Source: Lama glama (Eukaryota). Taken from it: a stretch of 64,000 bases of DNA. The notes beneath the pieces were generated by a model that saw nothing but the letters and a program-made list of their open reading frames with translations, had not been told where the DNA came from and made no database searches. Where the stretch lies: NCBI GenBank assembly GCA_028534125.1, contig CM052816.1:67830001-67894000 (forward strand). The letters are read 5' to 3'. Both the position numbers and the translations under genes were made by a program. Shown piece after piece: positions 11,996 to 24,335 of this stretch (the first letter of the stretch is position 1; each line of letters starts with the position of its first letter).

Positions 11996-12321
11996 AAGTA
12001 AAGGAGAATGTGGCAGGGAGCTGAGGGGTAAGGGGATGTCGTTTTCTAAATATAAAATGTATATTAACCATCATGGACATAGAAGGAGGTGATTCGGTTT
12101 ACAGGGAAAGCAGGCAAAGTGAAACCAGAGGATTATGTGATGATAAATGGTGACTGACCTCTGAGTCAGAAGCTCAGGTTAGTGGTTTCAGAAATCAAGG
12201 TGCTTCTCTTAGGTGCTGGATTCAAAGTAATCTTGTAACCTACTGGAGCTTCAGCCCACTTAATTAATTGCTTCAACAGATCCCCACAGTCACCCTTCAG
12301 TTTCAATTCATGGGTCCTGAG

Positions 12322-12511
12322 CAGTAGTTTTCACACTTAAGTGTGCATCAAAACCACCTGTGGAGTTTATTGAACATGCAGCTTCTGGGGCTGCACCTCT
12401 AGGGAGTCTAATTCAGTGGGGCTGCTGGAGGGCCCTGGAAGCTGTTTTTATGATAAGCACTCTAGCTGGTTCAGATACAGGGGTCCATGGAATGAACTAT
12501 GAGAAAGGATG
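12322..12511. mobile_element. MER5A/MER5B hAT-Charlie MITE
   Basis: cagtagttttcacacttaagtgtgcatcaaaaccacctg...atgcagcttctggg...actatgagaaa; about 190 bp. Confidence 0.75.
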
Positions 12512-13039
12512 ATTTAGTGGTGCTTGGAATTTAGGTAGTTTTGATGGGGAAGAAATATGAAGAATAATAGGGAAATGGTTGGGATGGGCAGCCATAGTCC
12601 CACAGAAAAATCACTTAAATTAATTCACTCATCTGACTAAAGCAAGATTGTACACACCTTATATTTATTTATAGTCAACAACTGTCAGAGAAATGTCCAA
12701 GAGTCTTATTGAAACACAGTTTTTAGTAATAGTTTGCTGATTCCTTCTTGGGAATTTCTAGAATAAAGATGATTTAGAAAACTTCCTTACGACTATAGCA
12801 TTCAAAATTCAGACTAAGGATTTGAAATAAAGAGATTCATAGACTGCATCTCATGAATATTTACTCCATTTCCACCAGAAACTATGTCCTGGGTTAATAC
12901 CTGGCTTTGCCTTCATGTCCCATGGTAGGAGACAGAAAGAAAATGTCCCTGCTAATTATAGAACAGTGGAATGTAATTAATGCCATAATAGATCGACCTG
13001 TAAAGAACAGGGAAGTGAGATGAAGAAGCAAGTTTTTTG

Positions 13040-13125
13040 ACCTTAAAGAAACTTTAGAGATAATTCTCTGGTCTATCAAAGACTTGTTTCACAAAGAAGA
13101 AAAAGTGAGGCTCAGGATTAGGAAG
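13040..13125 (-). mobile_element. MIR fragment
   Basis: tttcacaaagaagaaaaagtgaggctcag, reverse MIR core. Confidence 0.5.
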
Positions 13126-14289
13126 ACATCAATATCTTCATTTGTGTGAAAGACCTTAAAAATCTACATCATACTTTCTGTCCTACCCACATGAACTTTG
13201 TAAATGATGCTCTGGGGGAGTATGTATGTGTTTCTTTTGGTATACAAATGAAAGAAAACTGTAAACATAACTTTATTGCATTGTTTTCTTCAGTCATTTA
13301 TTTTATATAGTTCTTTGGATCTTCTGAAATATCGTGGTCACTGGGATTATCATATTCATCTTTTTAAGAATAATTTGTTGTTTGGACTGTTTATATAGTT
13401 GTGGTAATTAGCACCCATGTGCTTCCCTAAACCATGATTTCTCAGCTACTCAGGACCTGCTGTGTAGAGCTATGGAGTTAGTGTCAGAGTTCAGATTTCA
13501 GGTTTTACTTTCTGAAACCTCACTCTTTCATGAAAATAAATGCATATTGGGACAGGGTTTGGTAATATTTTGACCTGTGGCATGTTTAAAACTTAGATGC
13601 CCAAAGCGAAACAACCACAAACAAAAACAAAAAGAATGAATGAACAAAAGAAATGTCTCTACACCTCCCACTTCTTGTAAGTCTCTAGTAGTGCTGGAAA
13701 CAGACAAGGAATGATCCTTTGAACTCTGTATTCCTGTGAATACTGCCCCAGTTGATTTTTGCATAGGAGGCTGCAGGAGCAAGGCCACACAACAGAGATA
13801 AGCAGGGAGAGAGGCTTCCTTCAGGGGTGAAGTTGAAGCAGTTACCAATTGTTAAATCTCTTTCCTGGCAAACTCTAATCTGGGGCTGACAAGAAATAAA
13901 AGGTCTCATCAGTTTATAGCAGAGCACTTGTTCATATTATCTCTGAAACAGAGCAGCTAACAAAATTTAGACTAGGTAAAATGTACAACTGGAGAGTTTT
14001 GCTTAATCCAAGTGTTAACATCTCATCTGTGGCTTGAGGGCAGAGCAAAAAATGTGATCAATGTTGATAATCTACCTTCCCAGAAGTCTTTCTTTAAACT
14101 CAGTAGGAATCAGCTCGCTTTGCTTCTCTACTCTCACAAAGGAAGAAGGGAATCACTAATTTGCTTTTTTTCTGATAAATTCCCAACTTTGTTTTAGATA
14201 ACTAGACCAATCATGAACTACTTGGAGAACACTTCACAGGACAAGCTGATAGAATAAAACATCAGTGTTCATCCCAGATTTAGGGATTA

Positions 14290-14770
14290 TGGAATGAGCC
14301 CAGGAGTTGAGACCTGAGTTCAAATTCCTGCAGTGTAGAGGTGGGTGGGCTTTAACACAAAGCTTTTAGAATTAGACAGACCCAGCTTTAAATAATATCT
14401 ATTATTTTGTAGCTGGGTGAACTGGAAGTTACTTAGCTTTTGAAGCTGCAGATTTCTTATCTATATAATGGCAGGGAGAGGGTGCTTGGAAAGTATCTGT
14501 TGTGAGTGAATGCTTACTTCATTGGTTGGTTAAGAGAATTACAGAAATGAATCCACCTGTGGCATTTAAGACTTGGCTTCTACGTAGCATATGCTCAATA
14601 AAAGGGAATTATTTTCCGTGTTTCTAGCTGATGGTTTTGCACAAGTCACTTAATCTGTCTTAATTTCTCTTTTCTTTATCTGAATCACATTTCATGGATT
14701 TTTAAAAATGAGAATTAATGGAAAGAATTTTATGAAAGCTCCTGGCTCACAGTAGGCCCTCAGTAGAGGA
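14290..14770 (+). mobile_element. Two MIR elements, one probably nested in the other
   Basis: gagacctgagttcaaattcctg, then a near-full MIR (about 14331-14615) ending atgctcaataaa, then cacaagtcacttaatctgtc...cctggctcacagtaggccctcagta. Confidence 0.6.
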
Positions 14771-15054
14771 AAAAAAATGACAAATGGAATCTGCTGGGGT
14801 GCTCAAGCTTCTAAACAAGAGATTTTGAATCACTAACTTTGTGCCATCCTTCAGGTATCACTACTTGAAAGTGGAGAAGCACTTCAAGATGCAATGCATG
14901 GTTTTGGCCATGAAAAGGAAGATCAAACTTATTTGGGGAGAGTAAGTGAAGCCACTCAGAGTGAGTGGATTAGGGATGAGGGCTTAAAGGCTCTGATTTA
15001 GTTACTTAGCAGGGCCTAGAAGAAGTAGCCCTCAGACTAAAGGTGCCAAGTAAA

Positions 15055-15165
15055 TAGAACCTGGAGGACAAAGAAAATATCATTTGTTCTTTTGGGAATT
15101 TCTACAGTTTTATTAGGAGCACAAGCTGAGCACATAGTAGGCAACAAATGAATGCTTGTTGATGA
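15055..15165 (+). mobile_element. L2 3' end
   Basis: gcacaagctgagcacatagtaggcaacaaatgaatgcttgttga. Confidence 0.55.
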
Positions 15166-15169
15166 CACA

Positions 15170-15750
15170 CACTATTGGTTGTATATCCAGTGGCTATTTT
15201 CTTCTTTGTGATGGAAACCTGGTTTTGGTCAGTCAACAGAAGGCCCAGCCCCAGAAAATGACTCATGGCTGGTCTAAATCAATCATGGCAGTCCTCTTCT
15301 TTCCCAGTGATTGGTCTAGAAGTGGTCATGTGACCCCGTTCTGGCCAATAAGACACAAAGAAGACATTTGTTGACTATTTCTAGGAAATTCCTTTCTTCT
15401 GAAAAGATAAATATTCATCAGGAGAAACCAACACCTCCCCTCTCCTGCATCCTGCCTTTTAATTTATTTGTTTTAGTTTTGCCCTCATCCCATTACCTCC
15501 TGTTTGGGACCCTATTGCCTGAAGAACTCATAATTGAGGCAGCCATCTTGTGACTATGAGGAGAAACTTTGCTAAAACAATGAGCGTGGCAAAACAGGAG
15601 GGTAGCAGGAGCCTGAGTCCTTCAAGGTATCTTTGAGCTATAAACCAACCCCAGGGCCAATAGACTTCTTATTAAGTAAATAACATATGTTCTTATGATT
15701 TATGCCACTACTTATCAAGTCTTCTGTTAATTACAGTTTAACCCTGGTAA
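15170..15750 (+). mobile_element. MLT1I/J-like MaLR solo LTR
   Basis: ggtcatgtgaccccgttctggccaataaga, gcagccatcttgtgactatgagg, gagcctgagtcctt...tagacttcttatt. Confidence 0.8.
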
Positions 15751-15985
15751 TAATGATGATGATAACACTTAGAGTTTTTCCTCTGTGCCAAGAACTTTCA
15801 AGTGCTTTGTAGGAATTCATTCCTTTAATCCTCACAACAATCCTAAAAGGTAGATGTTGTTATTATCCCTATTTTACATCTGAGGAAACTGAGGCACAAG
15901 AATATTAAATTGCCCAGTGTTGCAAAGATAATAAATTACAGGGTTAGCATTTACATCTAATTATCTGGTACTACTACTATATTAA
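15751..15985 (-). mobile_element. MIR
   Basis: tttaatcctcacaacaatcct...ttattatccctattttacatctgaggaaactgaggcaca. Confidence 0.9.
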
Positions 15986-16749
15986 GCTACTTCAATATAG
16001 CTGAATTATTTATAATAACATATAAAAGTCACTAGACTGAGTTGCCTTATGTTGGTTAGGCAGCAACAAGAAAACACCTGAATCTTAATTTATTAATATA
16101 GTATTAGAAATACAATGGCCAAGAGCCTATATAATGGCTATTTCCTGTAAATACTAAAGAAATGAAGTGTAATTTTTTTCCCACATTTTCAAAAACATGT
16201 AGAAATGTAACCAAAGTACCAGGAAACATGTAGCAAAAATGTTATTTTATAGAGGAATGGTTTGCTAGTTGACAATGATTTGAAATAGTCCAAAAATTAA
16301 TATCATAAAAATGTAAATTAGAATAGAAGACTGGATTTTACTCAATACCCATGCAGTCAGAGTCCTGGGATGAAAAACTGAAGGACCTTTTACTGTTTCA
16401 GCAAGTGATAGTCCTAATGAAATAATATAATATTGGAAAGAGCTACTTGTCTATCTTTTTAAGAGGGTTTGTACTGAAGACTTATTTTCATTCATTACTT
16501 TATTTACAAGGTGATTTTTCATAAATAAAGCCAACAATAAGGTATCCTAGTAATAAACCTAATAGATGAAAATGAGCTTTTCTCCTCTACCTTCTCTTTT
16601 TAACTCATAGTAAAGGATAAGGAGAAAAACTCTTACAGGAACCAGAAAGGAAAGAATTGCAATAGTAATGTATGGCATTTATATACTCTTTTACTATCTT
16701 TGTACATTGCTTAAATGGGATTCTAAAGAGAAGAGAACAAATTAATCTG

Positions 16750-17185
16750 AGTATTAGTTCAGATGTTTGTAGTGACATGTAATAGAAAATCCAAATCAAA
16801 ATAACTTAAACCATGAAGAAGATGAATTATCTTACTTTTCAAGAAGACATGACGTAGGAACAAATAATGACCCCAAATTATAAAGTTATAATGAAAGATA
16901 AAAGAATGAGTTCCTATAAAACTCTTGGAACAGGGCACACAGCAATCAATAAATATTAGCTACCATTATCTCATTGGCTAGATTTATTTCACAAGCCCAT
17001 GCCTGTACCAGTCGCTGACAAAGGGAATGATGTTTTCATGATTATCTTAAATTTATCTGGAATTTTTTCTGAGCTAGTGAGTTAGGAATGGGGTCACCTC
17101 TCCTGAGGAATGAATAATCAGAGTTCTGTCAACAAAGAAGTAGGAGAATGGCTGCTGGTTGAAAACAAATAGGGCCAATACCACA
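16750..17185 (-). mobile_element. MLT1K/L-like LTR with an intervening MIR fragment (about 16860-16970)
   Basis: gtattagttcagatgtttgtagtgacatgtaatagaaaatccaaatcaaaataacttaaac and ctcattggctaga...gagttctgtcaacaaagaagtaggagaatggctg. Confidence 0.6.
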
Positions 17186-17734
17186 GTGTTTAGTGATGTT
17201 GGGGAGAAGATCCTTTAAAATGCTTTATTGATTTAGGTATATTGACTGTCATATTGTATAGGAAACCAATAAGACCAGTATGAAATTGGGAGAAGCCCTA
17301 TTGACCTAAGGTGCTGACCCACCCCCAAAATGTGGGAGTCGCAGAGGTCTCAAAAGGACTATAAGTTCATTGTCCAAAGAATAGCCTGGGGAAAAGGGAA
17401 TACACCCTTTCAGATTCACAGATCTCACTCCTTTGTTTCTCTGGTTTGGAACCACCAGGGTAAGTCGAAGGAGGAAGGGGACCAAAAACTTACCAGTCAA
17501 GACCCGTACATTTGTAAAATCGAGGGCCTGCTCCTATCCTGGCTTAAGAAGTTAGTGATCTCAGCCTCTTTTTCTCATACAATGACATTCTCTAGCCACA
17601 GCTGCCATTTGGCTAAACTGCGTCTCCTGCTTTATTCCAGTTCTTCATGCTGATTCCAAAGTCCATTCTCCCATTATTCGCCACCCATTTTTACAGTTGC
17701 CTACTTCAGTAGCAAGAAGAAGGAAGAGTCTTCT

Positions 17735-18170
17735 ACCCAGGGGCTTTTGGTCACAGGGAAGAGAACCCTACTCAAGCTGGTTCAAGTAATTCGGTTGAGA
17801 GATATTACTTTAAAATACAAATAGGCTTCATGAAGTCCCAAAGTCACCAGACCTCAAAAGTACTCTGAGAAAGTGAAACTCAAGCTACTCTCTTTTTGGG
17901 GCTTTGTGGTGACTTGCACTGATCTTATTGTGTAGACCCTGTATGGCACCCAGTGTTAATTCTCTGCTATTTAGCATGATCTCTCAGTTCAAGTGCTCTC
18001 CACTGACATGGTCCCTCATCGATCTAATCCTAAGTTCCTGAGACATAAATTTGATTAGCTTCATGTATCTATTTTAAACCAGGTGTTGGTTATCATGGAG
18101 ATGGATTAGTGACTCCAAATATAAGGATACTCTTGTAACTGGGATGGAAAGTGAATTTTTTCAGAATTTG
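17735..18170 (-). mobile_element. Old MLT1-family LTR relic
   Basis: ggcttttggtcacagggaagagaaccctactcaagctgg, resembling the MLT1 reverse end. Confidence 0.4.
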
Positions 18171-18184
18171 TGACAGATATTGGT

Positions 18185-18330
18185 AAACGGACTAAGCACT
18201 GAATTGGGAGCTTAGAAACCTAAGTTCTAATTATGTTACTACTTAGTTGGAAGGTCTTACTTCTGCAAAAGGTGAAATTGAAAAAATAGATGTTCTCTAA
18301 GGTTCCTCTCACCTTAATATTCTATAAATC
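18185..18330 (+). mobile_element. MIR3-like SINE
   Basis: aagcactgaattgggagcttagaaacctaagttcta...tagatgttctctaaggttcctctcaccttaatattcta. Confidence 0.6.
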
Positions 18331-18493
18331 TTCATTTCATAACCTGTGACATGTTACAATTCCTGTAGTTATCAATTATTTTACAATGTGTACCTAGATT
18401 GAGTCCATGTAGCAATTCAAGAACCTTAGACTCATTGATGATATTTTGCACATCCTACTGTGGAGTGGCTTAACTTCTGGGAATATTTTCTTT

Positions 18494-18588
18494 TCTTCCT
18501 TTCTTTTTTTAATGGAGGTACTGGAGACAGAACCCAGAACCTTGTGCATGCTAAGCACACACTCTACCACTGAGCTATTACTCTCCCC
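18494..18588 (-). mobile_element. Vic-1-type SINE (short form)
   Basis: Reverse tRNA-Ala head tggaggtactggagacagaacccagaaccttgtgcatgctaagcacacactctaccactgagcta; perfect 15-bp TSD GGGAATATTTTCTTT at 18479-18493 and 18590-18604. Confidence 0.93.
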
Positions 18589-18869
18589 GGGGAATATTTT
18601 CTTTAGGTTAATCTATGATGCCTAAATTTTTATTTATAACTGACAAAGAAGATGCTAGAGAAGAAGGTATATCAGGGATAAATCCAGGACCTCTAGATGA
18701 GGGTGCAATTGACCAAAATACACAGTAGAAGTCTATTAAAGTGTTTATTGTTTTGGTTTTTTTTTTGCTAATGAGTAAAAATATATAATCAATATTTAAA
18801 TTTTGCCAAATTGATAAGAACTTATTAACATAATTATTACTTATATTGTCCTATGTAATAAGATTCACT

Positions 18870-19215
18870 GTAACCAATTCAACATTTTGTGTTTATGGAT
18901 GCTACTTTGAACATGGAAATAGTCCCAGGAATATTTTTGTTATTAGAATAGGATTAAAATTGAATAGTTTGCTAGACCATATTCTGAATTCTCTGCTTCT
19001 ATAATGACACAAAATTAAGAAACATCTGGATGGAATTATGGAAGTTTTAAATCAGAAAAAAATTCATATGTTTAATTTTGAGTGGAAAATTTGAAGCCAG
19101 ATAGTATGCCTCACGATAGGGTGATGAATATGGAAACCACATTTGTAACAGTCACGGCAGAAGGAATAGGAGCCTTGGGCTGTCTTCACATATTTGGGTG
19201 TAGAGGAGAGAAGAC
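18870..19215 (+). mobile_element. Possible CR1/L3 relic
   Basis: Weak similarity (gctagaccatattctgaatt, tggaaaccacat...gcagaaggaatagg...gagaagac) to the CR1 ORF2 3' region. Confidence 0.3.
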
Positions 19216-19339
19216 GGCATTCGTCTCTCCAGTGGAAAGCCTGGATGGAGAAGCAGTACATGGTAGTAGAGACGAGTGTGGGCCCTGGAGTGAGACATCA
19301 TCCCGGGTGTTTCCCTGGATCTCTGTGCATTTGCCTCCC

Positions 19340-19772
19340 TGTCTTTGTTAGTCTCCTCTGGAAGTAGACCCAGTGACCAGGTTTCAAGCACACATGTTGG
19401 AAGGTGATCTCAGGAAACACTGGTAAGGGAGTGGGGAAGTGAGCTGATAAAAGGACTGCAGCCAATAAAAGATGAGTTGTCTAGTGTGTTACAATTGTGG
19501 GCAACCAGAGCTTCACCTCACTGGGGACCTCTGAGAACTAGTGTAGACCACATACCACAGAGCCAACCCACTGGAGGGGCAGTTCTCTCAGTCATTGGTT
19601 GGGGGATGCTTCTAAGGAGTGGTTAATTCTCTGGCACTTTTGGCCAAACATACTGCAGAAAAGTGGGCTCTGGCCCAGAGATGCAGGTGCAGGCACTGGG
19701 GAGTCCTGCCAGCATGTACTCCAATAGGGGGCCTGAGGGGGAATGGTCAGGGCACAGGCAGCATCTGCTACT
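19340..19772 (-). mobile_element. LTR16-family (ERVL) solo LTR
   Basis: ggaagtagacccagtgaccagg...ggtgatctcaggaaacactggtaagggagtggggaagtgag...cagccaataaaag...gcagcatctgctac. Confidence 0.8.
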
Positions 19773-19905
19773 GTCTTTACCTGGAAAATGGGGATGATGA
19801 TGATTGGTTTACCACAGAACGTACTTTTGAAGATTAAATGGTACATACCATTCTCTTAGTACAGTACTTGGTATACAATAAGCATTCAAAGTTATTATTA
19901 CTTAA
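19773..19905 (+). mobile_element. MIR 3' half
   Basis: acctggaaaatggggatgatgat...tgaagattaaatg...cttagtacagtacttggtatacaataagcattcaa. Confidence 0.7.
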
Positions 19906-20126
19906 TTTGTAAATATTGTAATTATTAAAATCAGATCAATTTATATTTGGCAAAAATGCCAAGCAATGAGCTGTCTGGTGATATCACTTGGCCATGTCTA
20001 GGGAGGGGAGGAGAAGAAGCTGCCCATCTGTCAGTGATCTGCAAAAGCATCCCTGGGCTGTATGGGAGCCTGGGCCAGGGGGCTGTGATACACTCTCCTA
20101 CTCTGAGTTTCCATGGTTACTGAAAT

Positions 20127-20385
20127 CTGTGTGCCTGCAGCAGGCACATTGTATGCCCTAAGTCCACCTGATTTCTGCTGCAGCTTTGTGGATGGGTCCC
20201 AGTATTGCTCCTGGGGGCCATCTCAAGCACCTGCTCCAGCATCTCTCAGCTTCCAGCTGTGGGTTTTTTGTTTTTTTGTTTTTTTTCCCAAGGCAGGGTA
20301 GATTGGATGTGCAGGGGAGCTAATGCCCCTGGAGGGGAGAGGATATTAAGTGAAGACCCAGTCTTTATCCTCTGAGGGTTGGTGG
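20127..20385 (+). mobile_element. LTR16-family LTR fragment
   Basis: gctgcagctttgtggatgggtccc...catctcaagcacctgc...gcaggggagctaatgcccctggag. Confidence 0.65.
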
Positions 20386-20429
20386 GGCCTGGGTGAGAGG
20401 TGGTAAAACCGAGAAAAATTTAAAATATA

Positions 20430-20790
20430 CTTGCTAAGTTAGAGCTATGTTTGAGGTGCTCTGGGTATTGGGGGAGGGGGGTGTTTGAGAAAGGAGAGCA
20501 GAGTTGTGAATTCAAACAGAAACCAAACAAGCAGAGATAAGGAAAGGTGTTCCATTTAGAGAGGCCAGCAGGTGGACAGGCCTGGCAGAGGGGGAGCAGG
20601 CCCTGGAATATATGGGGCAGGGAACTGTCAGAGATGGAGAGAAAGTTAATCCAGGTCCTATGAGTAGGATATTACCCTGTAGGCATGGGGAGCCTCTGAG
20701 ACTTTTAATCAGGAGAGGAACTTGACTAGAGCTGTGCTTTGCTAAGTTTGCTCTGGTGACAGTAGGAGCGGTAGATGCTGGAGACAGGCA
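20430..20790 (-). mobile_element. L2 fragment
   Basis: accctgtaggcatggggagcctctgagacttttaatcaggagagg...agagctgtgcttt. Confidence 0.6.
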
Positions 20791-21125
20791 CTTCCAGCAA
20801 TGGGAAAGACAAGGACCGCCTGACTGGACCCCAACAATTCTCACCACCATCTTCTGTAACCAGAACCAATGTCTGGGGGATGGGGCTGAGGGCAGGGGTT
20901 GCTAGGTCGTAGGTCTTTTCCCTTTTGGGGCTTGATGGGGTATAAACGCATCAAGCCCCCCAACCCCATGAACTGCAGCAGTACACAGTTGGGGAACATG
21001 GGGAGGGGGTAAGGATCTTGGGAAAGAGGAAGGGTTCTCATCTTCTTGCCAGGGACATGCTTTTTAACTTTGCTCTTTTGTAAACAAATTCTGAAAGAAA
21101 ACCAACAAAATGCACCTAAGCCATC

Positions 21126-21143
21126 AAAAAAAAAAAAAAAAAA
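21126..21143 (+). repeat. Poly(A)18
   Basis: Direct count. Confidence 0.9.
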
Positions 21144-22589
21144 GAGCAAGTGTGGACTACAGTGATTTGTATAATCAGTACTTTTAAAGGCTGGGAATAG
21201 GAGGTGGAAATAAGAAAGGAAGGAAGCCGCAGAGGGTTAGAGGCCACAAAGAAGCATTTGCAGAGAACTGCCCTGTCAGTTGCTTCCTCAAATGGCTTGC
21301 AGATGAAACAAATCTTTTCTCTCCTCCTTCAAAGAGGCCCTAGAAGGACAGTTCTGCATCCTCTTTTTAAATCCACTCCTAACTCACACCCAGATTTATT
21401 TCTAGAAGTCCTTGGTTCAAGTAAACCAATATCAACATCTTCAGAGATCTTTGGACAAAATATGATTCCATGGCTGTGTTTTGTTTCTTGGTGTGTGGAG
21501 CTCTTTCCTTCATGGTCCGTGGAAAGATGTCTTGGAACAACGTGTGTTGGAATGTGAGGGAAATAATGAGGACTCATGCCAGCCATTTGCAAGAGTGATG
21601 AATGGTTTGAGGAAGGCCATCTGCCAAGTTCATCCTTCTAACTTGAAAATTGGGTAAAATATCAGGTGCAGGGAAAAGTCAGGGAAGAGAATCTCTCCAT
21701 CATAGATGAGTCAAAAACTGATAAGTAACCACCCCCCTGCAATTATACAAAGATTGAAAGACAAGGCAAGGGAGAGTTATTTTCATCATGTGACCCACAA
21801 ACCCCCCAAACCCATCTGTAACAGTTTATGATGAGAAGAGTGCAGAGACACCAACCCTTGGAAACATCTATGTGATACATTCCGGAATGGTAACGTTGTA
21901 TTTTACCCTTAATGAAATAATGACATTAGGCAGTAAAGGAAAACTTGTCTCAGCAATCCACTGATTTGTGTTCAATAACTTTATTCTTGGATCTTGCCAT
22001 TCCCCGTTTTCTTGGATTGTGTTATTTTTATCTCCAGATGTGCATGACATCTTGAAAATTACAGTAAAGTAAGTAAAATGAATGTTTATTACTTGAATAC
22101 CATTTCATAATACATGCTTCCTTATGTTTGCAATGCAGAGAGTATTTTAATCATCTTTATGTATCTTAATAATCCTGCTTTTGATGTAGAATATAATGGT
22201 GTGTAGCCCTGGTACATCTTCAAGTCCCTGCTGGCTCTGGTTCTGCTAGTCTGCTAGTTAATTCTGCAGGCCTTCTGGTCCTGTTTTCAAAACTAGGGTA
22301 CTCAATATGTTTGGGGGCGGAGGATGGTAAGCAAAGTTAAGTGGTAAAAAAAAAAGCACATCTTAATCTGATCAAAATGGAAAGAATAGAGATACATTAT
22401 GAAACAGATGTAAAATGTGTTTGTATTTCAAAAATAACATGAAATCAAGAAGAAATTTTGTATCTGGAACTGGTTGCTCAAAAACACTTCCTGGCCCTCT
22501 ATACTACTGAACCCCCTCACTTCCTCACCCAGGTTTGCTTTCACCCTGCTCTGGTTATAGGTGCTTTGGAGGAACTTATTAAAGCTCTA

Positions 22590-22760
22590 GCCTTGGAAAG
22601 AAGCTGGAACTGGAGTCAGGGTAGCCTTATTTTGTCTTTACTACTTAGTAACCATGTTGCCGTAAGCAAGGACATTAACTGTTCTGAGCCTAGCTTCTCT
22701 CTTTAGCGAGATGCTCTTTGTACCCCACAAGGTCACTAAGATTGAAATGTAATTAGATTG
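22590..22760 (+). mobile_element. MIR
   Basis: gaactggagtcagg...ctacttagtaaccatgttgccgtaagcaaggacattaactgttctgagcct. Confidence 0.65.
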
Positions 22761-23004
22761 CTAATACCAAACTGGATTTTGATCTTCAGTGGAATGAATA
22801 TGAAATTCAAAATATAGCTCTTTGTTTTAAAAAAAACATTCAAAAAGCAAACTTCTTAAAGACTGGGCCTCAATTTTTTTCTGGGTGCTGTTCCATAATT
22901 TTCACCTTGGTTGATTTCATAATAATGTCTTGAGTTCTTTTGACACTAATGCCCTTTGCATATTAAATACATCGGGATTTTTTTTCTTCCACAAAGAAAT
23001 ACAC

Positions 23005-23355
23005 CTTCTCAATGCTCACTTCTCCAGTGCATTCTGATTTCTGTTCAAATGCCACTTCTTTGGAATGGCCTTCCCTGACCAATGTATCTGCCTCTTCACC
23101 CCATCCCTACCCTGCACCCTTACCTTACACCTGCTGTTTTTTCTTCTCCTATTGCATACAACTCTCTGAAGGTCTATTGTATATTTATTTATTGTCTCTC
23201 TCTTACACAAGTAAGAAACAGCTTGACAAAGGGATGAACATGTCCATCCTCCCCACCCCCACCCCCTGCCCCAGTGCTATATCCTTAGTGTTTAAAACAG
23301 TATCTGGCTCAAAGTAGATCCTCAATAAATATCTGTAGAATGAAGCAAGGAATAA
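23005..23355 (+). mobile_element. L2a 3' end
   Basis: ttctgttcaaatgccacttctttggaatggccttccctgacca...aacagtatctggctcaaagtagatcctcaataaatatctgtagaatga. Confidence 0.85.
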
Positions 23356-23445
23356 TGTTTTTTTCCTTTATATATATGTGAAGTCTTTCATGTCCCCATA
23401 TTTGATAGTGACATTGGAAGAAGATATTTCTTTACTATAAAATAT

Positions 23446-23765
23446 CAATGTTGCAACTCTCATGAGAAATGGCAGTTAGTGGGTGATTTCGAGTAGAGGA
23501 GGCCAAGGAAGTGGCGGGGACCATGCGTGGGGAGGCAAGGCCCATCTAACCTGGAGGGTGAGGTGGGGGTCAGAAATTTCCCAGCTCTGGATTCATATTT
23601 CCATGCTGTAGGCCCAGTGCTGCCGTATCTTCTCGTTTCTTTTAAAGATGATAGAAATCTCCATTGATTTTTTTAATGTTGGCTCAAAAAAAAAAAAAAA
23701 ACCCCAGAATAAAAACAAATTTGCAGGCCAAACACAATACTTCTTTGGGTTGCTTTTGACCTCTG
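23446..23765 (-). mobile_element. MER102-like hAT-Charlie element
   Basis: ggcccagtgctgccgtatcttct...gatttttttaatgttggc...gcaggccaaacacaatac...tttgacctctg. Confidence 0.65.
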
Positions 23766-24114
23766 GGGTACATACTTTTCATTCTCTAGGAAGCCTGAAA
23801 GTTAGAATGGGATACATGCCTAAGATGTCCTTGATGGGTTCTGGCCCCCAGTGAACGGTCTGGTTAGGTCCAGCAGGAATGCATAGGTTAAGACAGGGAC
23901 CTAAGCCTAAGAGCCCTGAACTTCCAATTCAAAATTAGCCTAGTCCCAAATCACCTTCCTGGGTTGGCCTCACCTTAACATGCTCCCTTCTGCAACTCCT
24001 CAGCACTTGCCAATTTGTGCCAATTTGCTCGTGCAAGTTTATTAGTCTCAGACCACTTCAAATGCATACACTCCCTATTTTGAGCTCTGACGATATCCCA
24101 TTAATGTTCCAAAC

Positions 24115-24335
24115 TTGGTATTGGTATCTTCCCTCACTAGCGTTTAAGAGACAGGATTGTTAATGGCTGCGAATTATTGGTCTTTGTGTCCCAGCTATGC
24201 CTAGTGGGGAACCTTGCCCGTACGTCCTGAGTAAGAAATGTTGGCTGAACATGAGCTGTCTGGTTAGTTCCTAGAACAGTGTCTTACAGTGGGTAGACAG
24301 CTGGCAGTCAAGACACATTTATTGATTGAATGACT
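24115..24335 (+). mobile_element. L2 3'-end fragments
   Basis: tctttgtgtcccagctatgcctagt...aaatgttggctgaa and cctagaacagtgtct...ttattgattgaatgact. Confidence 0.5.

Noticed and set aside
20875..20898. Second G4 motif (four tracts)
   Set aside because: Minimal motif, common in mammalian DNA, with nothing else distinguishing it.
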